Shown here: positions 27,948 through 37,491 of the stretch, piece by piece
How the letters are laid out: each line of letters starts with the position of its first letter
How positions within the stretch are numbered: position 1 is the first letter of the stretch
DNA from: Candidatus Acetothermia bacterium
GTDB lineage: Bacteria; Bipolaricaulota; Bipolaricaulia; RBG-16-55-9; JANLFV01
Direction of reading: 5' to 3'
Assembly: GCA_024653345.1 (NCBI GenBank)
Contig: JANLFV010000001.1
Location: forward strand, 84,387 to 148,386
Length of the DNA: 64,000 nt
Position numbers and translations under genes: made by a program
The notes under the pieces: generated by a model
Told to the model about the DNA's origin: nothing
Database searches by the model: none
What the model saw: only the letters and a program-made list of their open reading frames with translations

Positions 27948-28586
27948 ATGGGGATCCAGAGAGGCATCAACAGCAAGGAGCTTGCCGCAATCTGGCGGCC
28001 GATACTGGTGCTCGCCGGCCTGGTCTTGCTCTTTCTGACGGTCCTCAATAGTGCGATGCCCTCGGCAGCCTCGGGCGGGCCGGCGGTAGACGGAGTGATC
28101 GGCCCGGAGGAATATCAGTTCCACTACGCCGACCCGGACATCGGGATGGAGGTCTATTGGGCAATCACTGACCACGACTTCTATATCGGGCTCAGGGCCC
28201 CGGCCAAGGGGTGGCTCGCCCTCGGCCTCTACCCCGGGATCCCTCCCGAGGCCGAGGGGATGAAAGGGGCGGACATCTACATCGCCTATGTGAGCGGAGG
28301 TCGGGCCTTCGGCGGGGACCACTTCGCCGATAGCCTCTTCGGCCATCAGCCGGATACCGCGCTGGGCGGGACCGCGGACATCGCCGAGCTCGCCGGCTCC
28401 GAGGAGGCCGGCTCTACCACCATCGAGTTCAAGCGGGCGCTGAACACACTGGACAAGTTCGACGCCGATCTGCCCGTCCGCGGGCTGGTCTACCTCGCCT
28501 ACGCCGAGGCCGACGACTTCGCGCGGATCCACACAGCCCGGACCGAGGCGATCTTCAACTTCGCCACCGGAAGGGTGGAGAAGTAG
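27948..28586 (+). CDS. Membrane-anchored protein with a DOMON-like beta-sandwich domain (tentative).
   Basis: N-terminal TM helix. The extracytoplasmic domain has a DOMON-like aromatic/His pattern (FHYADPD...YWAITDHDFYIGL). Assignment from pattern memory only. Confidence 0.35.
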   Translation: MGIQRGINSKELAAIWRPILVLAGLVLLFLTVLNSAMPSAASGGPAVDGVIGPEEYQFHYADPDIGMEVYWAITDHDFYIGLRAPAKGWLALGLYPGIPPEAEGMKGADIYIAYVSGGRAFGGDHFADSLFGHQPDTALGGTADIAELAGSEEAGSTTIEFKRALNTLDKFDADLPVRGLVYLAYAEADDFARIHTARTEAIFNFATGRVEK

Positions 28587-28649
28587 GGGAGGGTGGGCTG
28601 ACCAAGGTCCCCGGCAGGCTGGGATTCTCAAGAGAAGGAGGAGTAAACG

Positions 28650-29057
28650 ATGGAGGAGAAGGGGCCTCGGGCACAAGCAAGTGAGCGGCCGATCGCGGCC
28701 TTCGTCCTCGCGCTCCTAGCTGGCTTGTGGATGGTAGCGGCAGGAGGAATGATGGCCGGTTTCGGCTGGGGCGCGGGCGGGATGAGCTGGATGTGGGGCC
28801 ATGGGATGATGGGCCGCTTCGGAAGCTTCGCTTCACCTTCGCCCTGGTGGCCCTGGCTCGGGCTCATCGCGGGTATCGTTGTCCTGGTCGGCGCGACGAT
28901 GCTCTACGCCCGGCCGAAGCAGGCCCAGGGGTGGGGGATCGTCATCCTGGTCGCCTCAGCGCTCAACCTCTTCCTGGGGATGGGCGGCATCCTCGCGAGC
29001 CTCCTCGGCATCATCGGCGGGGCACTGGCCCTGGCCGGCGGATCGAAGGGCAGTTGA
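28650..29057 (+). CDS. Small integral membrane protein with a Gly/Met/Trp-rich loop.
   Basis: Two or three TM helices flanking [31 protein letters not shown] before the ATG. Confidence 0.45.
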   Translation: MEEKGPRAQASERPIAAFVLALLAGLWMVAAGGMMAGFGWGAGGMSWMWGHGMMGRFGSFASPSPWWPWLGLIAGIVVLVGATMLYARPKQAQGWGIVILVASALNLFLGMGGILASLLGIIGGALALAGGSKGS

Positions 29058-29070
29058 AAGAGGTGAAACC

Positions 29071-29643
29071 ATAAGTTACGACCTGATCATCCTCGGCTCA
29101 GGCTCGGCGGCCTTCGCCGCGGCCCTCAAGCAGCTGGGGGTCGAGGTGGCGATGCTCACCGGGGACAGCCGGGCCGTTGCCGAGTGGGTCGCCGGGGAGC
29201 TCGGCCTGGATGTGGTCTTCGCCGAGGTCAAGCCGGAGGAGAAGGCGGCCAAGGTGAAGGAGCTCCAAGCCCAAGGGAAGGTCGTGGCGATGGTGGGCGA
29301 TGGGATCAACGACGCCCCGGCGCTCGTCCAGGCCGATGTGGGGATCGCCATCGGCGCGGGGACCGATGTGGCGATCGAGTCAGCCGATGTCGTCCTGGTG
29401 AAGAACGACCCCCGGGATGTGGTCAAGCTGATCCGCCTCTCCCGGGCGACGATGCGCAAGATGCGCCAGAACTTGGTCTGGGCTACGGGCTACAACGCCG
29501 TGGCCATCCCCGCCGCGGCCGGGGTCTTCTACCCCCTGGGGCTGGTCCTCCGCCCGGAGTGGGGGGCGCTGATCATGGCCGCGAGCACGCTGATCGTCGC
29601 CGCTAACGCGCTCTTACTGCAGCGGGCTCGGCTGGAGGTTTAG
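29071..29643 (+). pseudogene. Truncated duplicate of the C-terminal ~190 aa of a copper P-type ATPase (a copA fragment with no plausible start codon).
   Basis: Its translation matches the hinge/TM region of the downstream CopA (residues ~640-829) almost co-linearly: [34 protein letters not shown]. It lacks the N-terminal HMA, CPC and DKTGT regions. There is no in-frame ATG/GTG near its 5' end. Confidence 0.55.
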
Positions 29644-29661
29644 GCTGGACTAGGGAGAGGA

Positions 29662-32151
29662 GTGATGAGCATAGAGAAGCTGGAGCTGAAGATCTCCGGG
29701 ATGACCTGCGCCTCCTGTGTAGCCAGGATCGAGAAGGGCCTCTCCGCGCTGGACGGCGTGGTGGAAGCCAGCGTCAACCTGGCCACGGAGCGAGCTAGGG
29801 TGGGCTTCGATCCCTCCAAGACCCGGCCTCAGGAGCTCGTCAAGGCCATCGAGGAGCTCGGCTATGAGGTCGAGCTGGCAAAGCTCAGCCTCCCCATCCA
29901 GGGGATGACCTGTGCCTCCTGTGTCAGGAAGGTCGAGGAGGCCTTGAAGGGCGTTCCAGGGGTCATCAAAGCCAGCGTCAACCTGGCTACGGAGCGGGCT
30001 ACGGTCGAATATCTCCCCGGTGTGGCCGGCCTGCAAGACCTCAAGCGGGCCGTCCATGACGCTGGCTATGAAGTCCTGGAGGTCGAGCCAGAAGCTGCCC
30101 TGGAGCGGGAGGAGCGGGCCCGGCGGCAGGCCTACCTCGGGCTGAAGCGGAAGCTCAGCCTCGGGCTCGCGCTCACCGTTCCCATCTTCCTCCTCACTTA
30201 CGCCGATCCCTTGGGGCTCGCGGCGCTGATCCCCTGGCGGCTCAATTCCCTCTTGCAGCTCCTCCTGGCCACGCCGGTCCAGTTCTGGGTCGGCTGGCAG
30301 TTCTACCGCCGGGCCTGGGCCGCGGCCAAGCACAAGACCGCTGATATGAACACCCTCATCGCCGTGGGGACCTCCGCAGCCTATATCTACAGCATGGTCG
30401 CCACCTTCTTCCCCGGGCTATTCGCCGCCGAGGGCCTGGGGGCCCATGTCTACTTCGACACCGCTGCGGCGATCATCGTCCTGATCCTCTTAGGAAGGCT
30501 CCTCGAGGCCCGGGCCCGGGGCCGGACCTCGGAGGCAATCAAGAAGCTCATGGGCCTCCGGCCGAAGACCGCCCGGGTCATCCGTGAGGGCCAAGAGGTC
30601 GACATCCCCGTGGAGGAGGTCGCGGTCGGGGAGATCGTCGTCGTGCGCCCGGGGGAGAAGATCCCCGTCGATGGGATGATCGTCGAGGGCTACTCCTCAG
30701 TCGATGAGTCGATGCTCACCGGGGAGTCCCTGCCGGTGGAGAAGGGGCCCGGATCGGAGGTGATCGGGGGGACGCTCAACCGGACCGGCTCCTTCAAGTT
30801 CAGGGCGACCAAGGTGGGGAAGGAGACGGCCCTGGCCCAGATCATCAGGCTGGTCGAGGAGGCCCAGGGCTCGAAGCCCCCGATCGCCCGGCTCGCGGAC
30901 ACCATCGCCGGCTATTTTGTCCCCGCGGTCATCGGGATCGCCTTGCTCACTTTCATCGCCTGGCTCCTCTTCGGCCCCGAGCCGCGCCTTACTTATGCCT
31001 TGCTCAACTCGATCGCTGTCCTGATCATCGCCTGCCCCTGCGCCCTCGGGCTGGCCACCCCCACTTCGATCATCGTCGGGACGGGGAAGGGGGCAGAGCA
31101 CGGCATCTTGATCCGCGGCGGCGAGGCCCTGGAGACGGCCCATAAGCTGGATGCGATCGTCCTGGACAAGACCGGGACCCTCACTCGCGGCGAGCCCCAA
31201 GTCACTGAGGTCATCTCGCAAGACGGCAATGAGGAGGCGGTCCTGGCCCTGGCCGCCTCCGCGGAGCGGGGCAGCGAGCACCCCCTGGGGGAGGCGATCG
31301 TCCGGCGGGCTCAGGAGCTGGGGCTCGAGCTAGCCGATCCGGAGGAGTTCGAGGCCCTCCCTGGGAGGGGAGTCCGGGCCCGGGTCGATGGCCGAGAGGT
31401 CCTCTTGGGGAACCTCCGGCTGATGGAGGACGAAGGGCTCGATCTTGGAGGGCTGGGCGAGGAGGCCGCGCGGCTCTCCGCGGCGGGGAAGACGCCCATG
31501 TTCTTAGCCGTTGATCGAAGAGCGGTGGGGATCATCGCCGTGGCCGATACCCTGAAGGAGGGCTCGAAGGAGGCGGTGGCAGCCCTCAAGGGCCTGGGCC
31601 TCGAGGTGCTCATGATCACCGGGGACGACCGCCGGACCGCGGCGGCGATCGCCAGGGAGGCTGGGCTCGAGCCCGACCGCGTCCTGGCCGAGGTCCTCCC
31701 TCAAGACAAGGTCTTGGAGATCAAGAGGCTCCAGGCCCAGGGCCTGCGGGTGGCGATGGTCGGGGACGGGATCAACGATGCCCCGGCCCTGGCCCAAGCG
31801 GATGTGGGAATCGCGATCGGGACCGGGACGGATGTGGCCATGGAGGCCGCGGACATCACCCTGGTCGGGGGCGACCTCCGCGGGGTGGTCACGGCCATCG
31901 CTTTGAGCAGGGCCACGATCCGGAACATCCGGCAGAACCTCTTCTGGGCCTTCTTCTACAATGCCATCCTCATCCCTGTGGCTGCGGGGGTCCTCTATCC
32001 CTTCTTCGGGCTCTTGCTCTCCCCGATCTTCGCCGCCGCGGCGATGGGTGCCTCCTCGGTGACCGTAGTGAGCAACGCCCTCCGGCTCCGGCGGTTCGCG
32101 CCCCCGCTAGGGCGGGGAGTGCGGGTCGCTCCCGCTCCTATTGAAGCCTAG
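29662..32151 (+). CDS. copA: Copper-translocating P1B-type ATPase.
   Basis: Two N-terminal HMA domains (GMTCASCV twice), the CPC motif ([10 protein letters not shown]), [17 protein letters not shown] and HP. 829 aa. Confidence 0.95.
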   Translation: MMSIEKLELKISGMTCASCVARIEKGLSALDGVVEASVNLATERARVGFDPSKTRPQELVKAIEELGYEVELAKLSLPIQGMTCASCVRKVEEALKGVPGVIKASVNLATERATVEYLPGVAGLQDLKRAVHDAGYEVLEVEPEAALEREERARRQAYLGLKRKLSLGLALTVPIFLLTYADPLGLAALIPWRLNSLLQLLLATPVQFWVGWQFYRRAWAAAKHKTADMNTLIAVGTSAAYIYSMVATFFPGLFAAEGLGAHVYFDTAAAIIVLILLGRLLEARARGRTSEAIKKLMGLRPKTARVIREGQEVDIPVEEVAVGEIVVVRPGEKIPVDGMIVEGYSSVDESMLTGESLPVEKGPGSEVIGGTLNRTGSFKFRATKVGKETALAQIIRLVEEAQGSKPPIARLADTIAGYFVPAVIGIALLTFIAWLLFGPEPRLTYALLNSIAVLIIACPCALGLATPTSIIVGTGKGAEHGILIRGGEALETAHKLDAIVLDKTGTLTRGEPQVTEVISQDGNEEAVLALAASAERGSEHPLGEAIVRRAQELGLELADPEEFEALPGRGVRARVDGREVLLGNLRLMEDEGLDLGGLGEEAARLSAAGKTPMFLAVDRRAVGIIAVADTLKEGSKEAVAALKGLGLEVLMITGDDRRTAAAIAREAGLEPDRVLAEVLPQDKVLEIKRLQAQGLRVAMVGDGINDAPALAQADVGIAIGTGTDVAMEAADITLVGGDLRGVVTAIALSRATIRNIRQNLFWAFFYNAILIPVAAGVLYPFFGLLLSPIFAAAAMGASSVTVVSNALRLRRFAPPLGRGVRVAPAPIEA

Positions 32152-32212
32152 GGCGGGCTCTGTTACGATCAATCCGATCCCCAAAAAGGATCGGCTGGGA
32201 AAGGAGCGGACA

Positions 32213-33001
32213 GTGAAAGGCTTCATCTCGATGAGGTGGTCGGCCCTGGTCATCGGGCTGGTCCTGGCCGGGGGGTTCTTCCTCGCCGGGCTCTTCACCC
32301 ATGAGTTGATCTTCCCCCAGCGGGGCTTGGAGGAGTTGAAGGCCCGGGTCGCAGAGCTCCAGGGGCAAGTGAAGGCCCTGAGTGAGCAGGTGGCCAAGCT
32401 AGCGGCCCAAGCCCAAGCTCCGGCCCAGGCTCAGGCCCAGAGGCCCGAGGGGCCGGAGCGGGTCGAGGTGAGCGTCGACGACGACCCCGCGCTCGGGCGG
32501 CCCGAGGCCCCGGTGGTGATCGTGGAGTTCTCCGACTTCCAGTGCCCCTACTGCGCCCGGTTCGCTCAACAGACCTTCCCCCAGCTCAAGAAGGAATACA
32601 TCGATACCGGGAAGGTGCGGCTCGTCTTCCGCGACTTCCCGCTCTCGTTCCACCAGAATGCCGCGCCGACGGCCGAGGCGGCCCAGTGCGCCCACGAGCA
32701 GGGCCGCTTCTGGGAGTATCACGACCGGCTCTTCGCCGGGCAGGGGGAGTGGTCCGGGAGCGCCAGCGCCAGCCAGATCTTCGCCGGCTATGCCGAGGGG
32801 CTCGGCCTGGATGGGGCGAGGTTCCGCGAGTGCCTCGCCTCCAGGCGCTACAAAGAGGAGGTGCAGCGGGATTTCAATGACGGTATAGGCTACGGCGTGA
32901 CGGGGACCCCGACCTTCTTCATCAACGGGCGGAAGCTCGTCGGGGCCCAGCCGTTCAGTGCCTTCCAGCAGATGATCGAGGCCGAGCTGAAGGGAGGATA
33001 G
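32213..33001 (+). CDS. Membrane-anchored DsbA-like thiol:disulfide oxidoreductase (thioredoxin fold).
   Basis: TM helix, a coiled-coil linker, then FSDFQCPYCARF (CPYC active site) and the DsbA-family C-terminus. Start chosen at a GTG with a nearby AAAGGAG; ATG 32231 is the alternative. Confidence 0.8.
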   Translation: MKGFISMRWSALVIGLVLAGGFFLAGLFTHELIFPQRGLEELKARVAELQGQVKALSEQVAKLAAQAQAPAQAQAQRPEGPERVEVSVDDDPALGRPEAPVVIVEFSDFQCPYCARFAQQTFPQLKKEYIDTGKVRLVFRDFPLSFHQNAAPTAEAAQCAHEQGRFWEYHDRLFAGQGEWSGSASASQIFAGYAEGLGLDGARFRECLASRRYKEEVQRDFNDGIGYGVTGTPTFFINGRKLVGAQPFSAFQQMIEAELKGG

Positions 33002-33005
33002 AGAG

Positions 33006-33308
33006 ATGGCCCAAGGAGCGGCCCTGAAGAAGGGGAGCTTGGCGGTCTTCCCCGAGGTCAAGCGGGGACTCCAGCGGAGGATGCGGACCGTCGTCGGCCA
33101 CATCCAGGCGATCGAGCGGATGATTGAGGAGGAGCGCTACTGCGTCGAGATCTTAAAGCAAATAGCGGCCGTCCAGGCCCAGCTCTCGAACATCGCCCAT
33201 GAATTGACCAAGAGCCACATGAAGGGCTGCCTCACCGGGGCGATCCACGCCGGCCACGGCGAGGAGGCGATCGAGGAGCTGGCCGAGATCCTCAAATACC
33301 TCCGCTAG
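33006..33308 (+). CDS. csoR: CsoR/RcnR-family metal-sensing transcriptional repressor.
   Basis: GHIQAIERMIEEERYCVEILKQ...HMKGC with the conserved Cys/His ligand positions of the CsoR family. Confidence 0.85.
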   Translation: MAQGAALKKGSLAVFPEVKRGLQRRMRTVVGHIQAIERMIEEERYCVEILKQIAAVQAQLSNIAHELTKSHMKGCLTGAIHAGHGEEAIEELAEILKYLR

Positions 33309-33315
33309 AGCCCGC

Positions 33316-33344
33316 TTGACTGGGGCGCCACCGCTCTATATAAT
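33316..33344 (+). promoter_or_regulatory. Consensus sigma70 promoter (TTGACT, 17 nt, TATAAT) for the pst operon.
   Basis: TTGACT at 33316-33321 and TATAAT at 33339-33344 with exactly 17 nt between. It lies 57 nt upstream of the pstS ATG. Confidence 0.55.
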
Positions 33345-33348
33345 CCGG

Positions 33349-33369
33349 CTGTGACATATATAGTCACAG
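33349..33369 (+). promoter_or_regulatory. Perfect 7-7-7 palindrome CTGTGAC-ATATATA-GTCACAG immediately downstream of the -10; a candidate operator.
   Basis: Seen directly. Its position at +1 to +25 relative to the promoter is typical of a repressor site. Confidence 0.4.
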
Positions 33370-33400
33370 ACCAAACTATAGATTAAAGGGGTGGTTCACT

Positions 33401-34309
33401 ATGGGCAAGCGGCTCCTCTGCTCGATCCTCCTCGGCCTGTTGTTCCTCGGGCTCCAAGCCGGTGCGCGCTCCCCGGCCGAGCTGAAGCTCGAGGGCTCGA
33501 CGACGGTGCTCCCGATCGCCGGGCGGGCGGCCGAGCTCTTCCAGGCCCTCTACCCCGAGATCTGGGTCACCATCAAGGGCGGCGGCTCCTCGGTCGGGAT
33601 CGCGGCCCTCATCAACGGGACGACCGACATCGCCAACGCCTCGAGGGCGATGAAGCCCGCGGAGCTGGCCAAGCTCCCCACCGCGGTGGAGCACGCGATC
33701 GCCAAGGACGGGATCGCCATCGTCGTCCATCCCAGCAACCCGATCGAGGGGCTCACCCTCGAGCAGATCGCGGAGATCTACACCGATCCTTCGATCAGGA
33801 ACTGGAGGGAGCTCGGCGGGCCCGATCTCCCGATCGTGGTGGTCTCCCGCGACACGACCTCCGGGACTTACGGCTCGTTCATCGAGCTGGTCATCGAGCC
33901 TGTGAAGGGCAAGGGTGCGCAACTCCGGCCGGACATCATCTATGTCGGCTCGAACGCCGAGGCCGTCGCGACCGTCGAGGGCGCGGAAGGTGCGATCGGC
34001 TACATCGGGCTCGGCTACCTGAAAGAGAGCCTGAGGCCCCTCCCGGTCTCCAAGGGCGGCGGGCCCTACATCCTGCCGACCGCCCGAGCCGTCCTCTCCG
34101 GGAGCTATCCGATCAGCCGCGACCTCTACATGTATACCGATGGGGTCCCGGATCCGCGCGAGCCGAGAGGGCTCTGGCTCGACTTCATCTACAGCCGGAC
34201 CGGCCAGTGCGTCGTCCTCGAGCAGGGGTTCGTGGCCTTCTACCCCATCGATCTCGCGGTTTGCGAGGCCCTCTTTTCGGCCCTGGGGAGCGAGTTCATT
34301 AAGAGATGA
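33401..34309 (+). CDS. pstS: Phosphate ABC transporter substrate-binding protein.
   Basis: Signal peptide, a PBP-like_2 family pattern (GSTTVLP...GGGSSVG...YPI) and its position before pstC/A/B. Confidence 0.9.
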   Translation: MGKRLLCSILLGLLFLGLQAGARSPAELKLEGSTTVLPIAGRAAELFQALYPEIWVTIKGGGSSVGIAALINGTTDIANASRAMKPAELAKLPTAVEHAIAKDGIAIVVHPSNPIEGLTLEQIAEIYTDPSIRNWRELGGPDLPIVVVSRDTTSGTYGSFIELVIEPVKGKGAQLRPDIIYVGSNAEAVATVEGAEGAIGYIGLGYLKESLRPLPVSKGGGPYILPTARAVLSGSYPISRDLYMYTDGVPDPREPRGLWLDFIYSRTGQCVVLEQGFVAFYPIDLAVCEALFSALGSEFIKR

Positions 34310-35187
34310 TCCGGCAGGCCTGGCGGGAGAGGTCGATCCGCGGGCTCTTCTTCCTCGCCGCGGCCACCTCGATCATCATCCTCTTGCTGATCATGCTCTT
34401 CCTCTTCGGCGAGGGCCTGCCGCTCTTCCGGGCTTATGGCCTCTGGGACTTCCTCGCGGGGCAGTTCTGGGCCCCTACCGCCGAGCCGCCAAGGTTCGGG
34501 CTCCTGCCCTTGCTCCTCGGCTCGCTCTGGGTCACCTTTGGGGCGCTCTTGCTGGCCGTCCCGCTCGGGCTCGGCGCGGCGATCTACATCGCCGAGCTCG
34601 CGCCCGCGGGCCTGCGCGAGCTGCTCAAGGCCCTGGTGGAGGTCCTCGCCGCGATCCCCTCGGTCGTCTACGGCTTCTTCGCCCTGGTGATCATCGTCCC
34701 CTGGGTCAAGGCGAGCTTCCATCTCCCGATCGGGAAGACGGCCCTCAGCGCCTCGCTCGTCCTGGGGGTGATGGCCCTCCCGACGATCGTCAGCCTGGCC
34801 GAGGACGCCCTCACTGGCGTCCCGAGGGGCTTCCGCGAGGCCGCGCTCGCGCTGGGGGCCACCAAGTGGCAGACGATCTGGCGGGTGACGGTCCCGGCAG
34901 CCCTCTCCGGGATCTCCACGGCCGTGATCCTCGGGGCGGGGCGGGCGATCGGGGAGACCATGACCGTCCTGATGGTGAGCGGGATGGCCCCCATCATCCC
35001 CCACTCCTTCCTCCAGCCGGTCCGGCCGCTCACGGCCACGATCGCCGCCGAGGTCGGGGAGGCCGTCTGGGGGAGCCCCCACTACCACGCGCTCTTCGCC
35101 CTGGGGATCGTCCTCTTCCTCCTCTCGCTGGGGATCAACCTCCTCGCGGAATGGCTCACCTCGCGCTACCGCGGAGTGAAGGTATGA
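34306..35187 (+). CDS. pstC: Phosphate ABC transporter permease PstC.
   Basis: Six TM helices and the EAA-like motif region ALGATKWQTIWRVTVPAA. Confidence 0.9.
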   Translation: MIRQAWRERSIRGLFFLAAATSIIILLLIMLFLFGEGLPLFRAYGLWDFLAGQFWAPTAEPPRFGLLPLLLGSLWVTFGALLLAVPLGLGAAIYIAELAPAGLRELLKALVEVLAAIPSVVYGFFALVIIVPWVKASFHLPIGKTALSASLVLGVMALPTIVSLAEDALTGVPRGFREAALALGATKWQTIWRVTVPAALSGISTAVILGAGRAIGETMTVLMVSGMAPIIPHSFLQPVRPLTATIAAEVGEAVWGSPHYHALFALGIVLFLLSLGINLLAEWLTSRYRGVKV

Positions 35188-36035
35188 GGCTCCGGCGGCT
35201 CACCCAGGCAGCGGCCTTCGCGTTCCTCACCCTGGCGATGGCCGCGGTCCTCCTCGCCTTGGGGACGATCCTTTACTACATCCTGGCGCGGGGGGCAGGC
35301 GCGATCTCCTGGGAGTTCCTCACCTCCTTCCCTAGGAGGGGGATGACCGCGGGCGGGATCTTCCCCGCGATCGTGGGGACCTTTTACCTTGCGGTCGGGA
35401 CCCTCATCTTCTCTCTCCCTTTGGGGATCTGCGCCGCGATCTACCTCGTGGAGTATGCCCCCCAGGGGCGGGCGGTCCGGCTCATCCGCATGGCGGTGAA
35501 CAACCTCGCGGGGGTCCCGTCGATCGTCTTCGGCCTCTTCGGCCTGGCCTTCTTTGTGAGGCTCCTCGGGCTGGGGGTCTCGATTCTCTCCGGCTCGCTC
35601 ACCCTGGCCTTCCTCGTCCTGCCGACGATCATCCGGGCGAGCGAGGAGGCCCTCCGCGCTGTGCCCCAGGAGTTCCGGGAGGGGGCCCTCGCCCTGGGGG
35701 CCACGCGGTGGCAGATGATCCGCAGGGTCGTCCTCCCCGCCGGGCTCCCGGGGGTCCTCACGGGGGCGATCCTGGCCTTGGGAAGGGCGGCGGGCGAGAC
35801 GGCCCCGATCATCTTCACCGCCGCGGTCTTCTCCGCCAGGCTCCCCAACTCCCCCCTCTCACCGGTCATGGCCCTCCCCTACCACCTCTTCGTCATGGCC
35901 ACGGAGAGCATCTTCTACGAGGAGACCCGCCCGATCCAGTATGGCACGGCGATCGTGCTTCTGGGGCTGGTCCTGGCGCTCGACCTGGTCGCGATCCTCG
36001 TCCGCGCCCGCCTCCGCCGCGGGAGGCGGTGGTAA
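35184..36035 (+). CDS. pstA: Phosphate ABC transporter permease PstA.
   Basis: The ATG overlaps the pstC stop (ATGA). TM protein with the motif ALGATRWQMIRRVVLPA. Confidence 0.9.
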   Translation: MRLRRLTQAAAFAFLTLAMAAVLLALGTILYYILARGAGAISWEFLTSFPRRGMTAGGIFPAIVGTFYLAVGTLIFSLPLGICAAIYLVEYAPQGRAVRLIRMAVNNLAGVPSIVFGLFGLAFFVRLLGLGVSILSGSLTLAFLVLPTIIRASEEALRAVPQEFREGALALGATRWQMIRRVVLPAGLPGVLTGAILALGRAAGETAPIIFTAAVFSARLPNSPLSPVMALPYHLFVMATESIFYEETRPIQYGTAIVLLGLVLALDLVAILVRARLRRGRRW

Positions 36036-36056
36036 CCGCGCCCGTGGGGGGATAGA

Positions 36057-36824
36057 ATGCCCAAGGAGATGCTCGAGCCGGTGATCGTCGTCGAGGACCT
36101 CGATTTCTACTACGGCAAGGAGCAGGCCCTCCGGGGTGTCTCCCTCTCGATCCCGAGGAACAAGGTCACCGCGATCATCGGCCCCTCCGGCTGCGGGAAG
36201 AGCACCTTCCTCAAGACACTGAACCGGCTCCATGAGCTGATCCCCGGCGCGAGGGTCAAGGGGCGGGTCCTCTTCAACGGCCGGGACATCCTCTCCAGGG
36301 AGGTCGACCCGGTGGAGCTGCGGCGGCGGATCGGGATGGTCTTCCAGAAGCCGAACCCTTTTCCCAAGTCGGTCTTCGAGAATGTGGCCTTCGGCCTAAG
36401 GGTGAACGGCGATGTCTCGAACCTCAAGGAGAAGGTCGAGCAGGCCCTCCGCCGCGCGGCCCTCTGGGATGAGGTGAAGGACAAGCTCCAACGGAGCGCC
36501 TTCGACCTCTCGGGTGGCCAGCAGCAGCGGCTCTGCATCGCCCGGGCGCTCGCGGTCGAGCCGGAGGTCTTGCTAATGGACGAGCCCTGCAGCGCACTCG
36601 ACCCGATCGCGACCGCCAAGATCGAGGACCTCATCCTCGAGTTGAAGGAGGACTATACGGTCATAATCGTGACCCACAACATGCAGCAGGCGGCCAGGGT
36701 GAGCGACTACACCGCCGTCTTTCTCACCGGCGGGGTGATGGTCGAGTTCGCCGAGACGAAGAAGATCTTCGAGAACCCGGCCAACAAGATGGTCGAGGAT
36801 TACATTACGGGGAAGTTCGGCTAA
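36057..36824 (+). CDS. pstB: Phosphate import ATP-binding protein PstB.
   Basis: Walker [10 protein letters not shown], signature LSGGQQQRL, Walker B LLMDEP. 255 aa. Confidence 0.95.
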   Translation: MPKEMLEPVIVVEDLDFYYGKEQALRGVSLSIPRNKVTAIIGPSGCGKSTFLKTLNRLHELIPGARVKGRVLFNGRDILSREVDPVELRRRIGMVFQKPNPFPKSVFENVAFGLRVNGDVSNLKEKVEQALRRAALWDEVKDKLQRSAFDLSGGQQQRLCIARALAVEPEVLLMDEPCSALDPIATAKIEDLILELKEDYTVIIVTHNMQQAARVSDYTAVFLTGGVMVEFAETKKIFENPANKMVEDYITGKFG

Positions 36825-36828
36825 TCTC

Positions 36829-37491
36829 ATGGCCCGCGAATCCTATCGGCGGCAGCTTGACGAGCTGAGCGACGCGGTCCTTTCGATGGGGAACCTCGTC
36901 GCCTCGAGGCTGGGGAAGGGATTAGAAGCCCTCAAGCGGCCCGAGCCGGAGCTGATCGAGGAGCTCTTCCGCGGGGACGACGAGGTCGACCGGCTCTACA
37001 GCAAGATCGAGCGGCGGTGCATCGACCTGTTGGCCCTCCAGCAGCCGGTGGCGGTCGACCTCCGGCTGATCACCACGGCCTTCAAGATCTCGACCGACAT
37101 CGAGCGGGTCGGGGACATCGCGGTCAACCTCGGCCAGTATGCCCGGAACTACCACCTCAATCTCAGGCTCCTCCCCCATGAGCAGCTCTTCTCCATCGGG
37201 GACCTGGTGACGACCATGGTCTATGAGTCGCTGAAGGCCTTCTACGATAAGGATCCCCGCCGGGCCGAGGAGGTCCTCGAGCTCGATGACCAGGTCGACC
37301 GGATGTTCTGGGACCTCGTCTCACGGCTGATCGAGGACCTGCGCGGCTCGCCTGACCGAGGCGAGGAGATCGTGACCGGGGCGGTCGCGCTCCTCCTCTC
37401 GATCCGGGACTTGGAGCGGGTCGCGGACCACGCGGTCAACATCGCCGCCCGGACGATCTACATGATCGAGAGCCGGGCCGACTATATCTGA
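36829..37491 (+). CDS. phoU: Phosphate transport system regulator PhoU.
   Basis: Two PhoU repeats with the conserved D/E..ER.GD motifs (ERVGDIAVN; ERVADHAVN). Confidence 0.9.
   Translation: MARESYRRQLDELSDAVLSMGNLVASRLGKGLEALKRPEPELIEELFRGDDEVDRLYSKIERRCIDLLALQQPVAVDLRLITTAFKISTDIERVGDIAVNLGQYARNYHLNLRLLPHEQLFSIGDLVTTMVYESLKAFYDKDPRRAEEVLELDDQVDRMFWDLVSRLIEDLRGSPDRGEEIVTGAVALLLSIRDLERVADHAVNIAARTIYMIESRADYI

Noticed and set aside
29071-29130. Possible MerA-like or disulfide-oxidoreductase N-terminal motif ([16 protein letters not shown]) suggesting a chimeric gene
   Set aside because: Only ~16 residues. The [11 protein letters not shown] part aligns equally well to CopA ([10 protein letters not shown]), so the oxidoreductase resemblance may be coincidental. 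It is kept only as a remark under the copA-fragment finding.
34140-36035. 631-aa ORF spanning the pstC-pstA region in the track
   Set aside because: A long Arg/Gly/Pro-rich alternate-frame reading upstream feeds into the pstA frame. The real genes are pstC (34306..35187) and pstA from the ATG at 35184, both with clear permease signatures.
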